A DNA stretch of 64,000 nt from Chrysomallon squamiferum (Eukaryota > Animalia > Mollusca), in the NCBI GenBank assembly GCA_012295275.1, contig CM022665.1, positions 29,636,001-29,700,000 of the forward strand, read 5' to 3'. Each line of letters begins with the position of its first letter. Positions within the stretch are counted from its first letter, which is position 1. The notes under the pieces were generated by a model. That model worked only from the letters and a program-made list of their open reading frames with translations. It had not been told where the DNA came from and did no database searches. The translations under genes and the position numbers were made by a program. Positions 1 through 12,658 of this stretch are shown one piece after another.

Positions 1-385
1 AATGTAAAGAGAAAATAAGCAATCACACATTTGAAGTAATATAAATAAAACAGCAATATTACTATCATTAATTAGCAGTAAGATTTAATATACAGACACA
101 CACACACATGAAATTAATCACAAATATAATGGTAACAAACAAAAATAGAAACAGTAAACTTGACAACTTAACAAATGACATCCCAGACAAACAGTGAAAT
201 TAATTATAATATAAAGTCTTAATTCTATTTCTCTTTTAAGATCTCTTTCAAAGAAATATAACAAATCTAAAAGGTACACTAATTAATTTAATAGCACTGA
301 AAGTATTCCTGTCTTCTTATTTGTTTGTACAACTACAATTATCCATTAAATTGCAGAAATAAATTTTAATAAGAAATTAACAAAC

Positions 386-476
386 CTCAATTGGTGTGGC
401 ATCTTTTGCTGGAAGATTTGTCACAGATCCAAAAATAATTCTACTCAAGTCATTACTTTCTTCAAACTTGACACAC
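386..476 (-). CDS. ANAPC1: ANAPC1 coding exon 11 (CVKFEESNDLSRIIFGSVTNLPAKDATPIE); gene continues beyond the left edge
   Basis: Highly conserved CVKF.ESND....IFGSVTN.PAKDA.P.E. Acceptor cttcag, donor GAG|GTTTGT. Cumulative coding length 1425 nt (475 codons), in frame. Confidence 0.93.
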
Positions 477-772
477 CTGAAGAAATATTCTGAATTGTAT
501 TACTTTATCTTTATGTAGACAAATATAAAGAAAAAAAAGTAAAACTGAAAATAAAAAATGTTTAGTAAAGTAATTGAAAATTTTGTTTTATCTTAATCAT
601 AATAAAACACTGTAACTCACCTAACAAAACAATTATTTTTGGAAAAACTGCTAATACATGTTACCACTCTTTTGATAATTAACAATTACATATTTAAATG
701 AAAAAACAACATGTTCAAAATAATCCATCAGTACTAACAATTTAAGAGAGTTCTAGAAAACAACAATGTTAC

Positions 773-871
773 CTCAACTGATGTCTGTAAGGAACCATGT
801 AACACAAGTATTGCTGATCACAGACATCTTTAGAAAGGAATGCTTTTGACGATTTGCCTAAAGGCCCATCC
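773..871 (-). CDS. ANAPC1: ANAPC1 coding exon 10 (DGPLGKSSKAFLSKDVCDQQYLCYMVPYRHQL)
   Basis: Matches the SK.F...D.C.Q..LC..V....QLR block. Acceptor ttcag, donor AG|GTAACA. Confidence 0.92.
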
Positions 872-1281
872 CTGAACAAATTATTTATAAAACTAATTTT
901 ACCATTTAGTGCATAAACAAAAGCTTGAATAACACAGTAAGCAAAAACAAAGCGTATCAGAAATCCAACATACATACATACATACATATAATAAAAAGAA
1001 AAAGAAATCATCTATGTCTAAAACTTAGATGATACTGTTTTCCCCAAAATAGTTTTACTGACACATTATAAAAATAAAAGGCAATAAAATATTTTAAGAT
1101 AAAAATAAAAAACATTAAAAAAAATATATTGAAAAAAAAATCTGCACTAAAGAATTAAAAAATTCTGCTGTGATGTCAACTGCAATTAATGACTTTTATA
1201 TAGCTAATAACAACAAAACAACAGTCCTGTTTCTGGTCAGACTTCAAAACACTGGCAGTTTGGAATGTACTTAAACAGTAC

Positions 1282-1491
1282 CTGATTGGAGGTGCAGGTT
1301 CAGTCCATATATGTTCTAGACACACTTCTGGCTGGATTGGTTTCACCCAGTCAGTGAAACTGTCATTGCCTATCACTGAAAAATTGTTAGCTGCACTTGG
1401 AGTACGCAGATAAGCTGCTGGTGACCAGTTCTGAGATGGACTCTGAAACTTGTGTGCCAAACCTGATGTCATGGCTGGTGACTGAGATCGA
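1282..1491 (-). CDS. ANAPC1: ANAPC1 coding exon 9 (RSQSPAMTSG...KPIQPEVCLEHIWTEPAPPI)
   Basis: Conserved PI.PE.C..H.WTE motif. Acceptor ttttag, donor AG|GTACTG. Confidence 0.92.
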
Positions 1492-2073
1492 CTAAAAGCA
1501 GAATATTTATAAAATAATGTTTAGTTAAGCGTAATCACAATACTGTATAAACAATTACAAACATAATTTCTCAGTTAGGCCACATAAAAGTGTCCAACCG
1601 ATTCAGTTTTTTAAGGTAAGGCCAAAGGTTTTTTTTTTTTTTTTTTTTTTTGAATGGTGGTGTGTAACAAGAATAAAACCAACCACGGTATTCATGGTCA
1701 GAAGGCACAAAAGTAATAAACAGAAGACAAAAGAAAGTTTCTATCTAGAAATTGCACAAGAAAACATAAAAACTGCTATCAAATCTTTGTTCAAATGAAA
1801 ACTCAACTAAATGTATTTCATATGAAGGTACAAGTGGTAAATCTTTTCCTTTTCCTCAAAAAAAAAACCCCACTATTTTTAGGTTTTGAAAAAAAAATGA
1901 AAAAAAGAGGGGTAATTTGGGGGAATTTCTTAGAGTGGGCAGAGATACTAAAGAAATATGTATATCTATCTGGCTTTATAACTTGAATGAAGATCTGCAC
2001 TTACATCTGCAATCTTTTTACACAATACTTTTTACTATAAAACAAAATTATTTACAAATCTAATGAAACTTAC

Positions 2074-2294
2074 TTAACACCACCAATATGTGCCATTCCA
2101 GGACTTTGTGAGCGAGAGAAACTTGCAGGTGATGTCAGTCGACCAGTTAGACTACAGAATGGAGAAATTCCTGGAGAATGACTTGAAATATTGTTGAATA
2201 TTCTTGAATGGCTGCTGCTTGAGTAATTCAGATTAGGAGTGTTCATACTCATAAAACTTGTGTTTTCAAACATGGCGGACAAAGTTGATTGTTC
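2074..2294 (-). CDS. ANAPC1: ANAPC1 coding exon 8 (Ser/Pro-rich loop, EQSTLSAMFEN...SRSQSPGMAHIGGV)
   Basis: Open frame between acceptor tttaag and donor GTAAGT. SP-rich, like the phosphoregulated APC1 300s loop. Confidence 0.87.
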
Positions 2295-2654
2295 CTTAAA
2301 AATAAAATATTCATAATTTATGAAAGTTTTTATTTTTTAATAAAATGTAAAAATACTAAACTTAACTTTTTTCAAAAATAAATAAAGGAAATAATAAAAT
2401 ATTCAACCACTACAGCTTTATAAAAAATAAAACAATCTTATTATAGTTTTGCAAATTAGATTATTAATAACAACATAATAAGTAAATGTGCATCATTATC
2501 GTGTTTTATATGGTTTCTAAAATATTTCAGAAAACAAATTGAATAACATTTTTTTGTTTTTAATATTTACAAAAACTGTTTAACAATTATTTTATCAGAA
2601 ACGTTAAGTAATATTTTAAACTTGCATTAAAGATATAATGAAGATAATGCTCAC

Positions 2655-2800
2655 ATCTAGTCTTGATCTGCGAATCCTCCAAACTGAGTGGATGCCCATT
2701 ACTGTATCATATGTAAAAGCTAGAGATGGCTGTTTACTGGTGAACACAATATTCTGAGTATTGTCTGTCATATAGTTAACCTTAGGGCAATCACCAAGCC
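2655..2800 (-). CDS. ANAPC1: ANAPC1 coding exon 7 (GLGDCPKVNYMTDNTQNIVFTSKQPSLAFTYDTVMGIHSVWRIRRSRLD)
   Basis: Conserved IVF....PS...TYD.V...HSVW..RR. Acceptor ttacag, donor GTGAGC. Confidence 0.93.
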
Positions 2801-3137
2801 CTGTAAACAAGTTTTAATTTTAAACTCAGTTAACAATAAAAATATAAATATGCAACAGTTAATTTTAGACTCAAAAGATAAATTTAACTAGTCTTCAGTC
2901 ATTTTTATCCAAAATGTAAATATAATCAGTGTTTAAATTTTTATTTAAAAAAAAAATAAATAAATACAAAAAATTCATAATAACAATGTCAGCTTCAGTT
3001 TCAACTATGTTGTTGCAATATTTATACTTAACTGCATTGCCCACTTTTCATCTGATTAATTTTATTTAATAGCTGATTTATAAAATCCTTTTACTTAATG
3101 AAATTATTTTGCTTGACTTAATTTTTTTTTTTTTTAC

Positions 3138-3217
3138 CTGAAGTTTTTATTATGACAGGAGCCACCTCATCTAGTGGGTGAAGCAGACTAAACACAACAG
3201 TTTGATTGGGAGCATTC
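3138..3217 (-). CDS. ANAPC1: ANAPC1 coding exon 6 (NAPNQTVVFSLLHPLDEVAPVIIKTS)
   Basis: Hallmark FS.LHPLDE..P motif. Acceptor tttcag, donor CAG|GTAAAA. Confidence 0.93.
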
Positions 3218-3556
3218 CTGAAATGTTGAGAGATGACTGTTTAAATAATTAAAAATAATGTTCTATAACAGTTTGATTTCACCAAAATGCCTCATATTTT
3301 AACACCATCACCAAGGCATTCTGAGCCATAATAAATATATTTTATGCTGAAACATATAAACAACTTGAATGCATTATGTGAAATAGCACACACTAGATTA
3401 CAAACTTAATCACATTAAAAAATAATAATAATAAAATATTACATCTTTCAATAGAACAAGATCAACACTTATACATTCCAAGACAGAAAATTATATAACT
3501 GTAATACACACATATACTGATAATAAAAAATATTTATTATGAAAAATACAACACAC

Positions 3557-3636
3557 TTTTTAGGAGCTGTTAACTCTGCATATGACACTGTCCTTTCAAA
3601 CAGGAGTCCATTTTTCATAACCCATACATGAGAGAC
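3557..3636 (-). CDS. ANAPC1: ANAPC1 coding exon 5 (VSHVWVMKNGLLFERTVSYAELTAPK)
   Basis: Conserved VW...GLLFER motif. PolyT-ag acceptor, GTGTGT donor. Confidence 0.9.
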
Positions 3637-4225
3637 CTAAAAAAAAAAAAAAAAAAAAATTAAATCACTTATCTACTCTTTTTATTATACCCATTAATTA
3701 TTTATATTGATACAATTATTAATTACTAAATAAATCAACTGTAACACCTCTAGATGGTTTCATATTTAAGCACTTACCTTTTTATGTTGAAAAATTCATG
3801 TTAATTTCCCACCAGCCTATCCCCAAAAATTAGAGAATAAACATAATGTTTGGGTTCAGATAACACTTCCACAGCATTTAAGATCAGCTGTCTTGCTTTG
3901 CACAAGATAAACTGATAATGAAAAAATTCCCCAATCACCAAACTTAGAAAGGTAAAGTATGCTACCATTTTAAAATATTTAATTTTTAAAATGTTCTAGC
4001 TAGAAATATTTAAGTTTTATAACTCCAGTTACACATTTTGTTGTAACCGTATGTGCCATCTTTAATTTCATTCTTGAAATTAAATCTCTGAGTGAAATTT
4101 AATCACATTAAAATATATAGCTCATAAGTATTACTTGATATGGTATTCTACTAACAACAGCTCACAAAATACTATATATAATTTTTAGGAATAAAAGTTA
4201 AGCTATACTTTGATTATCAACAAAC

Positions 4226-4320
4226 CTGAAAAGGTAATGATGTGGAATATTCTCCTCCATTATCAAGGAAAAAGCTCAAGTTAGTTGCTTCAACGACACA
4301 AATCCCTTGCTGCATGACAC
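4226..4320 (-). CDS. ANAPC1: ANAPC1 coding exon 4 (GVMQQGICVVEATNLSFFLDNGGEYSTSLPFQ)
   Basis: Ends in the conserved SLPFQ. Acceptor ttacag, donor CAG|GTTTGT, frame consistent. Confidence 0.9.
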
Positions 4321-4552
4321 CTGTAATTAAACATAAAGGCTAACTTTACTTAAAAATTAACAGCTATGTATTTTATTTAGTGATTCTATCTGAATTCAAC
4401 TTGTATTCATAATCTGTCTTTAAATAATTTAGCAGACTAAATCAGTAAAGCAAAATATTTAATAATGAAGATATAATTAATAAAAAATATTATCAAATTA
4501 CACAAGACATTACAAGGGAAAAGTGATAATCATTATATAAATTAAAATTTAC

Positions 4553-4625
4553 CAGGAGGTTCAAGAGAGACTGGTACATTGTTTTGCAGGTCTTTTGATG
4601 GAAGTATAAAGGATCCCCACAGTGC
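4553..4625 (-). CDS. ANAPC1: ANAPC1 coding exon 3 (ALWGSFILPSKDLQNNVPVSLEPP)
   Basis: ALW..FI continues the conserved QALW motif. Acceptor ttttaag, donor CTG|GTAAAT, 73 nt. Confidence 0.88.
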
Positions 4626-4849
4626 CTTAAAAGAAACATATTTATGCCACTATGAAATTGAATTATAAAATTGTAATATGTTTTATTATATATTACTTTA
4701 CATTGTATGTTTAATGATGATGTCAATGAAAACAACATCTTCTTACTTAATTTTGTATTTAATATCTTATAAATGTTTTTAGTAATTGTAAACTTGAATT
4801 CTCTTCAAATCTTTTAATACTGTTACATTATATATATTTTAATACTTGC

Positions 4850-5008
4850 CTGTAATACAGGTGTATCAACTGTGTATGTTGTGATTGCAACTTTTGCACC
4901 ATCTTTTCCACCGCGACTCCAAACAACTGTTTTACCACTGACATACAGTTCTTCATCATACCTTTTACCACATTCCCCATTCTCATTAAGAAATATCCAT
5001 TGTTCTTT
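4850..5008 (-). CDS. ANAPC1: ANAPC1 coding exon 2 (KEQWIFL...YDEELYVSGKTVVWSRG...YTVDTPVLQ)
   Basis: Contains APC1 motifs YDEELYV.G..V.WS.G and TVD.PV.Q. Acceptor tttcag, donor CAG|GCAAGT (GC type), 159 nt, phase 0. Confidence 0.93.
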
Positions 5009-5333
5009 CTGAAAAGCAGTATAAAAAAAACAAAAACAAAAGAGTTAAAAACAAAAGAAAGCAAGGGTGACACAATGTTAATCAGTGAAACTCATTATAT
5101 ATAATAAAACAATTTCATTTAATTATAATGAGAAAGACTGACTGTACATCTTCAAAAAATCTGCCTTTTTAATTACCTAACCTGTTCAATCCTGAGATGG
5201 TTGCTGTCATCTACATGAAGAATTTTGAAGTATGGTAGAAGTAGATGACACCTAGGTATCATAAGAGGACTAATGTAAACTTGATATGATACCTCTAAGA
5301 TTTAAAAAATTTGATCTAAATACAGTCACATAC

Positions 5334-5504
5334 TTTGCCTGTGTCCTGCAAAGAAATATCTCGAAATGATTTTAACAGTGGGAGTCCATGGTCTGCATGA
5401 ATTGTGTTGATATCCTGAAGTTTTAGCTGAAATTGTCCAGGATGATAATGCATGTACTCTCTCCCAAATGGAATGAAATCCTGGGTCTCGCAGGCTGCTA
5501 TCAT
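5334..5504 (-). CDS. ANAPC1: Anaphase-promoting complex subunit 1, first coding exon (MIAACETQDFIPFGREYMHYHPGQFQLKLQ...DTGK)
   Basis: Translation closely resembles the APC1 N-terminus as I recall it (MIAAxDLQEFVPFGR). ATG at 5504, donor AAA|GTATGT, upstream acceptor at 5554-5555. Confidence 0.93.
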
Positions 5505-6049
5505 ATCATCTGAATCCAGTGTGACTGTCAGTAGTATATCACACCAGCATAATCTAAAAATACAATCAGCCATAAATCATTAAATAATAATAATTAAAAA
5601 AAGGGAAAAAAAGGGGGAAAAAAAAGAAGAAAATACGTTTATAATAAAACAAATTTATGGACAGGAAACAAACATTATACATAATATTAGTATTATATAT
5701 TTAACATTAGTGTTTTTTAAGTTTTTAAAACATAAGAATTATAATATATGTATGTCACATATACTATATAATTCTGTAGTTCTGTATTTCCGTGCAGTGA
5801 GAACGAGATTTTTATGCAAGCCAAAATCATGAAAAGGATCAAATTTCGCAAATGCCAAATCATGGAAAATGTGAATTAATTATTTAAATTAATTTAATTA
5901 AAGATCAAACAACATAATTATAAGTATATATTGAATAAACAAACATTTAAATAAAAAAATATTTCTTTGTCTTCTGGGACAGGTACATAATCTCATGCTC
6001 AAACTGACGAATAATAAAAACAGAGAACATACAAATAAAGAAAAAATAA

Positions 6050-6140
6050 CTTTTATCGTGATTGCTTCTTCTGTTCTTGATTTTCCGCCATGCTTATTGC
6101 AGTAAATATTCCCGCCGACTGGTTTCTGGTTGGTCTACCG
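6050..6140 (-). promoter_or_regulatory. Candidate ANAPC1 promoter / first non-coding exon
   Basis: Local CpG-containing patch in AT-rich DNA just upstream of the gene. E2F-like TTCCCGCC (6109-6116) and YY1-like CCGCCAT (6085-6091). Confidence 0.4.
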
Positions 6141-6318
6141 TTCTATTTTTAACCACATTAACTATTAGAACCTGTTGACTCATCTCATGTATATATTTTG
6201 CTATAGTTGATCAACGAAAAAACGTTTCATAAATAATAATAATTACAAAAAGTAATAAAATAAAAAATAATAATAATAAAATAAATATTAATAAATGAAA
6301 TTAAAACAAAACAAAACA

Positions 6319-6399
<81 letters not shown>

Positions 6400-6766
6400 C
6401 TATCATGTTAAGCAATAACATGTAGGCTGACAATGAACTAATTCACTATGTAACTGGTTATTATTATCATATCTATGATGTAACCTTCCAATTAAAAATG
6501 ATTAATAATTTTTTTTCTGAAGGTGTCAGATAGTAATGTTAAATGGATAACAGTAAATACTTCCTGTATTAATGCTGTTTTGGAGTATTATAATTAATGT
6601 TATCCCCTTTGCATGAAACTTATGCAGTCTTTTCTTGGCTTACTAAATATTTTAACTGTTTGGCTCTGAACTGATATACTTCTATGTTTTTGTAAAAATT
6701 TTGATCAAATGAAACTATATAATGGCAATTCATTTTGATCATTAAATTAATAATAATAATAATTAT

Positions 6767-6815
<49 letters not shown>

Positions 6816-7565
6816 AACAGATATACATATTCAGAATACAAATCTACATAAAAGAAAACAAAAAATATTGAGTTCGATCATTTTATTCAACAACAAACAT
6901 AATTAATATATTACAAAGTTATGTTTATCACAAATTGCAACTAGAATCAGTGTTTGATACAAATCTATTGGCACATTGTGAAACCATGACTGACTTTTGT
7001 TACATAAATGAATGGCTTACTTCTTTTACATTTTAGTTATGCTGTAATACCATTTTAATTTCATTATTTTATATCCAGAAGGACAAGAAATTACTGAAAT
7101 GCATTAAATGATACATGAATTTGGACAAAAAGTACTGTGGATACTGATTTTGAAAAAATGGCAATATGAAATAAATCTAATTATAAATTATAAATAATAA
7201 TAATAATAATAAAATATTATTTGACCATAAATAATGAAGAATATACCAACTGCAAGCAATTTTTGATTTATGTTCTGTGTTTTATTATATTATTAATTTG
7301 CTGACATCTAAAACAACAATTAAACATTAAAAATCACAAAAACATTCAGCCAAACCAATTAATAAATACAAGATCTATACATTAAAAGAATAACCAGATA
7401 TAGTATACAAAATTCTATAAGAATTGTTTAACTGGTTTCTTTTTGTGAAATCTTTACAAAGACAGTATTTTGTATAAATTAATAGAAAAATAGATTGTCA
7501 GAAGTAATAAAATTGCATATAATGATTTTTTTTGTTGTTGTTGAATTATAATTCTAAAAGACTTA

Positions 7566-8166
7566 CCGTATATACTTGTGTATAAGTCGAATTTTTGGGA
7601 GACTATATTAAGGTAATATTTTGGGGGTCGACTTATACATAGGTAATGCTTTTGTAGCTGTTGCTGAAGAGTCGCCATTTTGACTATTTTTTCCTACGGG
7701 ATGCATCTAAAATAATCGCGGTCTTTCAGCTTTTCAAAAATATAATTTTATTGTATACAAAATTTTGAAAAATTAAATAACAAAACCAAATATGAATGTA
7801 AAACATGATATTCTTCCGTTTAATGACATGAAAATACATTTTAAAGTGAGAAAACCGTCAGTACGGCGTTATGCCTTACGGTGTCTTGCAATGATTTAGG
7901 CTATAGCTCATGTAATACATGCATTTAGTTATTATGGTATGTTCGTGCAAGTTACAGCTCGTGCAAGTTACAGCTCGTACAAGTTATGTTACAGTAGGTG
8001 TACAATGTAGGCCTTCATGGCACTGTCACACTGGTCTAAAAATGGTGACGGTGCCTGGAATCAACAGTCGACTTATACACAAGTAATACCTAAAATGACG
8101 CAATTTTTGGTCTTAAAATACACATCGACTTATACATAAGGTCGCCTTGTACACAAGTATATACGG
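7566..8166. mobile_element. Non-autonomous Tc1/mariner-superfamily (Tc2/pogo-like) MITE, 601 bp
   Basis: Left TIR CCGTATATACTTGTGTATAAGTCGA versus right end reverse-complemented CCGTATATACTTGTGTACAAGGCGA. TA on both flanks. Sub-terminal TCGACTTATAC repeats. No transposase ORF. Confidence 0.88.
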
Positions 8167-10271
8167 TACATCTCAACTAAAAAAGAACCAGTGAATAAAT
8201 TAATAAAAATAATAAAAGCAAGCATATACATTTCAAATAGCTATTAAAAGATGAGCAAGTCTATCATTAGGAAATATAAATGTACTGAACATACATTTTT
8301 ATGGTGTATTGAAATCAACAGTTATGTTAATATTTTACTTTTATTTATTATTATTTTTTTAATACCTTGGTAACACAAATAAATGGGCTAATTCAAATTT
8401 TGTGTACTTCCAAGTAATTATTTTATTTAGCTGGTAGTCAGTATTTGCTAATAATAAGCTTGTTATTATGAAGGTGTAATTTTCTTTTTTTTACTATGAC
8501 ATCATTTATAATCAGAAATGTATAATCAATCACTCTTTTAGTGAAAATGAGCATATTTTATCATATTCTCTTTATTTCCCCAGCCTTCCCATATCTTGGT
8601 GATGTTATTATTTGACTGTAATGCTTTATATTTAGCAGACAGGTAACTAGTTTCAAATAAAACAACCATTTGGAACTAAACACTATATATTTCAACAATT
8701 TATCCACTTTTAAATAAAGAAAAACAACTGTTTATTGACAAACAAATGATTTTGTCATAGGATAATAATTCATACTGTCCAGTGAGATAAAAAAATATAG
8801 GATTTTTGAATTTTCGAACACTAAAGTTATTGGCTGTAAGTTTGTTACTTCTGTTTCATTAATTAAAAATGATTACATAAAAATAAATACTTTATTCATT
8901 ACAGCTCTATTTTATATATATATAAAACTATATAGTGAACAAATTCTGAAAACATTTAGAGTAAACAAAAATAAAATATAAAATATAAAATATAAAAAAT
9001 AAAAAATAAAAATAATATATATAAATGGTACAAAACAAATTTTGCAAACTTCAGACTTCAAAAAAAAAGGCCTAACTAAAATAAAATATTATAAATGGTA
9101 TATTATTTACATGGTTTATTTGTAGCAAAGCAGAAATACATGTATAATAATGTCTGTAAAATATTTTTAAGAAAAGTGTTCATTAAATTTATGTATATTT
9201 AAATTAATTAACATGCTATAAAAAAATGTTAATACAATGACAAGGATTTTAATAACCAAAAATCTCTAAAACAGAACAATAAAAAGTATTTTCTTAATAG
9301 AAATAAATAATAATATAAATAACTAAGTCATCAAACAAATTCTGTACTGATTCAGTATTCTTTTGTTTAATGAACTTAACAACTATAGTGGTTTTGAATC
9401 TAAACAGAGTGTTTGAAAGTTGATTTTTATAAATATGCTATCTTCTACCACAAAATTTTGTTATATTTCAATGATAAATATGTACTATATACATTTAACA
9501 AAATCTCAGTGAAGAAACTATTTCTACTTTAAATATAAACATGGCAGCAATTATATAAATGTGATAAATGCTGTTTTTGTAATAACCTTGATGAAAATTC
9601 AAGAAATCATTTATTATCTTTATATGTGTTTATTTTCAGATTTTCATTAATTATATATAACAATTATCACCATACCATAGTAACTATCACAACATAAATT
9701 ATGTGATTAGGCAACTTTTCCTAAACATATATCTTTACAAATCTTACCCTTCCTGAATGTTGCTATACAAATTAAATATTTATATATACATATTAACAAT
9801 TTAACAATCTCTCCACTTCACTGAAGCTGACATAATAAAATATAAGTATTCACCTTTCTCACAACACAAACAACCAGATGATTTCAATACCAACATCTTT
9901 TCATTGTATAATAACACTCACATCCTCTACAAACCATGAATAGTTTAAGATGTACCACAAAACAAGTCCCAAACAACAATTAAAATAAAGATTAGTAAAG
10001 ATTAAGGAGAACTTTGTTTTTACCTCCAGATAATTCCAAAAGTTGATGCAGTACAAAAATAGTTTACCTCTTAACACATCACGTGAAACCAATATATTAA
10101 TATTTTCTAGAAGAAGCAATATATAAGATACACAGGCAATTTTCAATCACTTTTTAGTTGTTGATAAGTTGTCATCACAAGAATATATCACAGATCTTTA
10201 AGAAAATGATACAAAATGAAAAACTATCAAAACATGCATTTCTAACTATATGTTTGATTTGTTAAAAAAAG

Positions 10272-10315
<44 letters not shown>

Positions 10316-10765
10316 GAAGCTACAAACTGTGGTTAGATTACATGTATACCATAAATATAAAATATAAAATTGCAAAAATGAGCAAAGCAAAATATAATGC
10401 AAACCGGCCATTAGAGATCTTTTTGTAAAACCATAAATAAATAACACAAGTGAATAGTCAGCAAAACATCTGAATACAGAATATAAATAAATAATGGAAC
10501 CATATTAAAAACATCAGAACTTGACTTCTACAACAAAATGAACAAATGCATAGTTTTACAAATATAGCTGTTCTAAATAGAACATTTCAAGCTATGATGT
10601 TAATTTATCATAGCACTATTTAATAATGGTATCTTTGCTGAAATGACATCATTTTATTACTATAAATGATTTAAAAATAAATCACAGATGTAGAAATCAA
10701 TTTAATATTATATATTCATAATAGATTTAATGAATTTCTTTATAATAAATAAAATCATATGGCAG

Positions 10766-10999
10766 TTATCTTTTTCTGTAACCAATGGGTTTTGTTTTGA
10801 GCTGTTTACATCTTGGGATGTGTCTTTCAGCTGTTGATTCATTGAAAGAACGTCCACAGTGAGGACATGGAACCAAGTCTGACGTATCTAATCTGGGAGG
10901 AGGGCCAATGTTTTCCACATCACCCTTGGCCATTTGTTTTGCATATCTTATAGACTGAATAAAACTTTCATGCTTAGCTTTCCAGTTGTTCTTCTTTGG
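10766..10999 (-). CDS. ZC2HC1C: ZC2HC1C-like last coding exon with second C2HC finger (LVPCPHCGRSFNESTAERHIPRC)
   Basis: zf-C2HC_2 pattern CxxCGRxF...HxxxC preceded by NWK.KHE.FI..IR.AK. Acceptor tttcag, TAA stop. Confidence 0.9.
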   Translation of the reverse strand, partial: PKKNNWKAKHESFIQSIRYAKQMAKGDVENIGPPPRLDTSDLVPCPHCGRSFNESTAERHIPRCKQLKTKPIGYRKR

Positions 11000-11509
11000 C
11001 TGAAAAAATAACAAACATAAAAAAATGTATTAATTAAATTGAAATTCATGGCATTTTGGAAAAGAATAACATTAAAAACAAATTGTCTAAGAACAAATCA
11101 ATCAAAAATGAATTCCAGTAAAATGAAATAACCTTTTTTTCTTCCTCTCTTTTAAAGTTGGTATAACATAAAGTTAATGTAGATGTTTCATTAATAATCA
11201 TGAAGTACATTCTACTTGCAACAAACCAATAAATACAATGCAAGCCTTTTATGAACATAAGTGCAGTGTTAACATTTAATAATAAAATATATAACTTGCA
11301 GTTTCCCTTTATAAATTATCTACTGTGATAATGTTAAAAAATTCATCATGCAACAATACTTTCTTAATTAACTGTTATCTCAATTCTGAAAATACAGTAA
11401 AAAAATAAAGTAGAAAAATATTTTTAAAAAGTTACATATTTATTTACTTTTTGGTGATAATAATTATGATTATGATTATGATTTATTTATAAATTTATTT
11501 ATTTATTTA

Positions 11510-11562
<53 letters not shown>

Positions 11563-11591
11563 TTATTTATTTATTATTATTATTATTGTTA

Positions 11592-11641
<50 letters not shown>

Positions 11642-12324
11642 TGATATTTTTGTGAACTGAAAAAGGATTTTAAGTTACATATAAAGCAGTATAGATCTGT
11701 GATGTGGCTATACACAATTTGTGCACTGCAGGTTTAACGCAACACATGTCATTAATGATTATAAAATAAACACATTTTCCTAATGATATTCATATATCTT
11801 AACTAATTTATGATCTGTTTTTGACTGAAAGTGATTTATGATGACTGAGTTGAATTAAATAACTGATTCAAAACACTGACACTAAATATTAGTGCTTTGG
11901 ACAACATTATTAACAGGTGATTAACATAAACCAATTAAACATGCAAACAAAAGTAGAATGCTCATTTTTATAATTACCATATTAAACATCTAAGGCTGCT
12001 CAAACAAAATTCAGAAAGGTTCTGAGAATCAAGTTACTCAGTGTACAATAATAATAATAATAATAATAATGCTTTCTTTTTATAAAACCTTTCTTGCCTT
12101 ACAAGTAGTCTAAAGATATTCCTATACACCATTATTCAGACAACCATCCACATAACCACAGTTTTAGTTTTAGTAATGTTTTAGTAAGTCATCGACTCAT
12201 TCTGTGATAAAAAGATGTAATATCTAAGTGACATTATGTGCAACATTTAACTCACTGAAATTTCTTAAATTAATGGAAGAAATAACTAAATTAGTACAAG
12301 GCTGTACAAGAACCAAAAGTAGGG

Positions 12325-12402
<78 letters not shown>

Positions 12403-12658
12403 ATGTTTTAATATTAATTTTATGAATTTGCGTAACAATGTTAAACTGTTTTCAGAAAATGAATAGATATATTACAGAAGAATAGATATGTGTGAGAGAG
12501 AGAGAGAGTGAAAGAGAGAGGAGAGAGAGAGATAATGTTCTGAGTTTTTGTGTATGTGTATATAATGTACTATGTACATAGGTGAATAATCAGTATGCTG
12601 TGTATATGTATATAAATTAATAATGTACTCAGTTGGTATATTTGTATTATTTACTTAC

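Noticed and set aside
6227-6841. ORFs with VCVC, YYYY and LSLS runs (and similar ones throughout the window)
   Set aside because: Translations of microsatellites.
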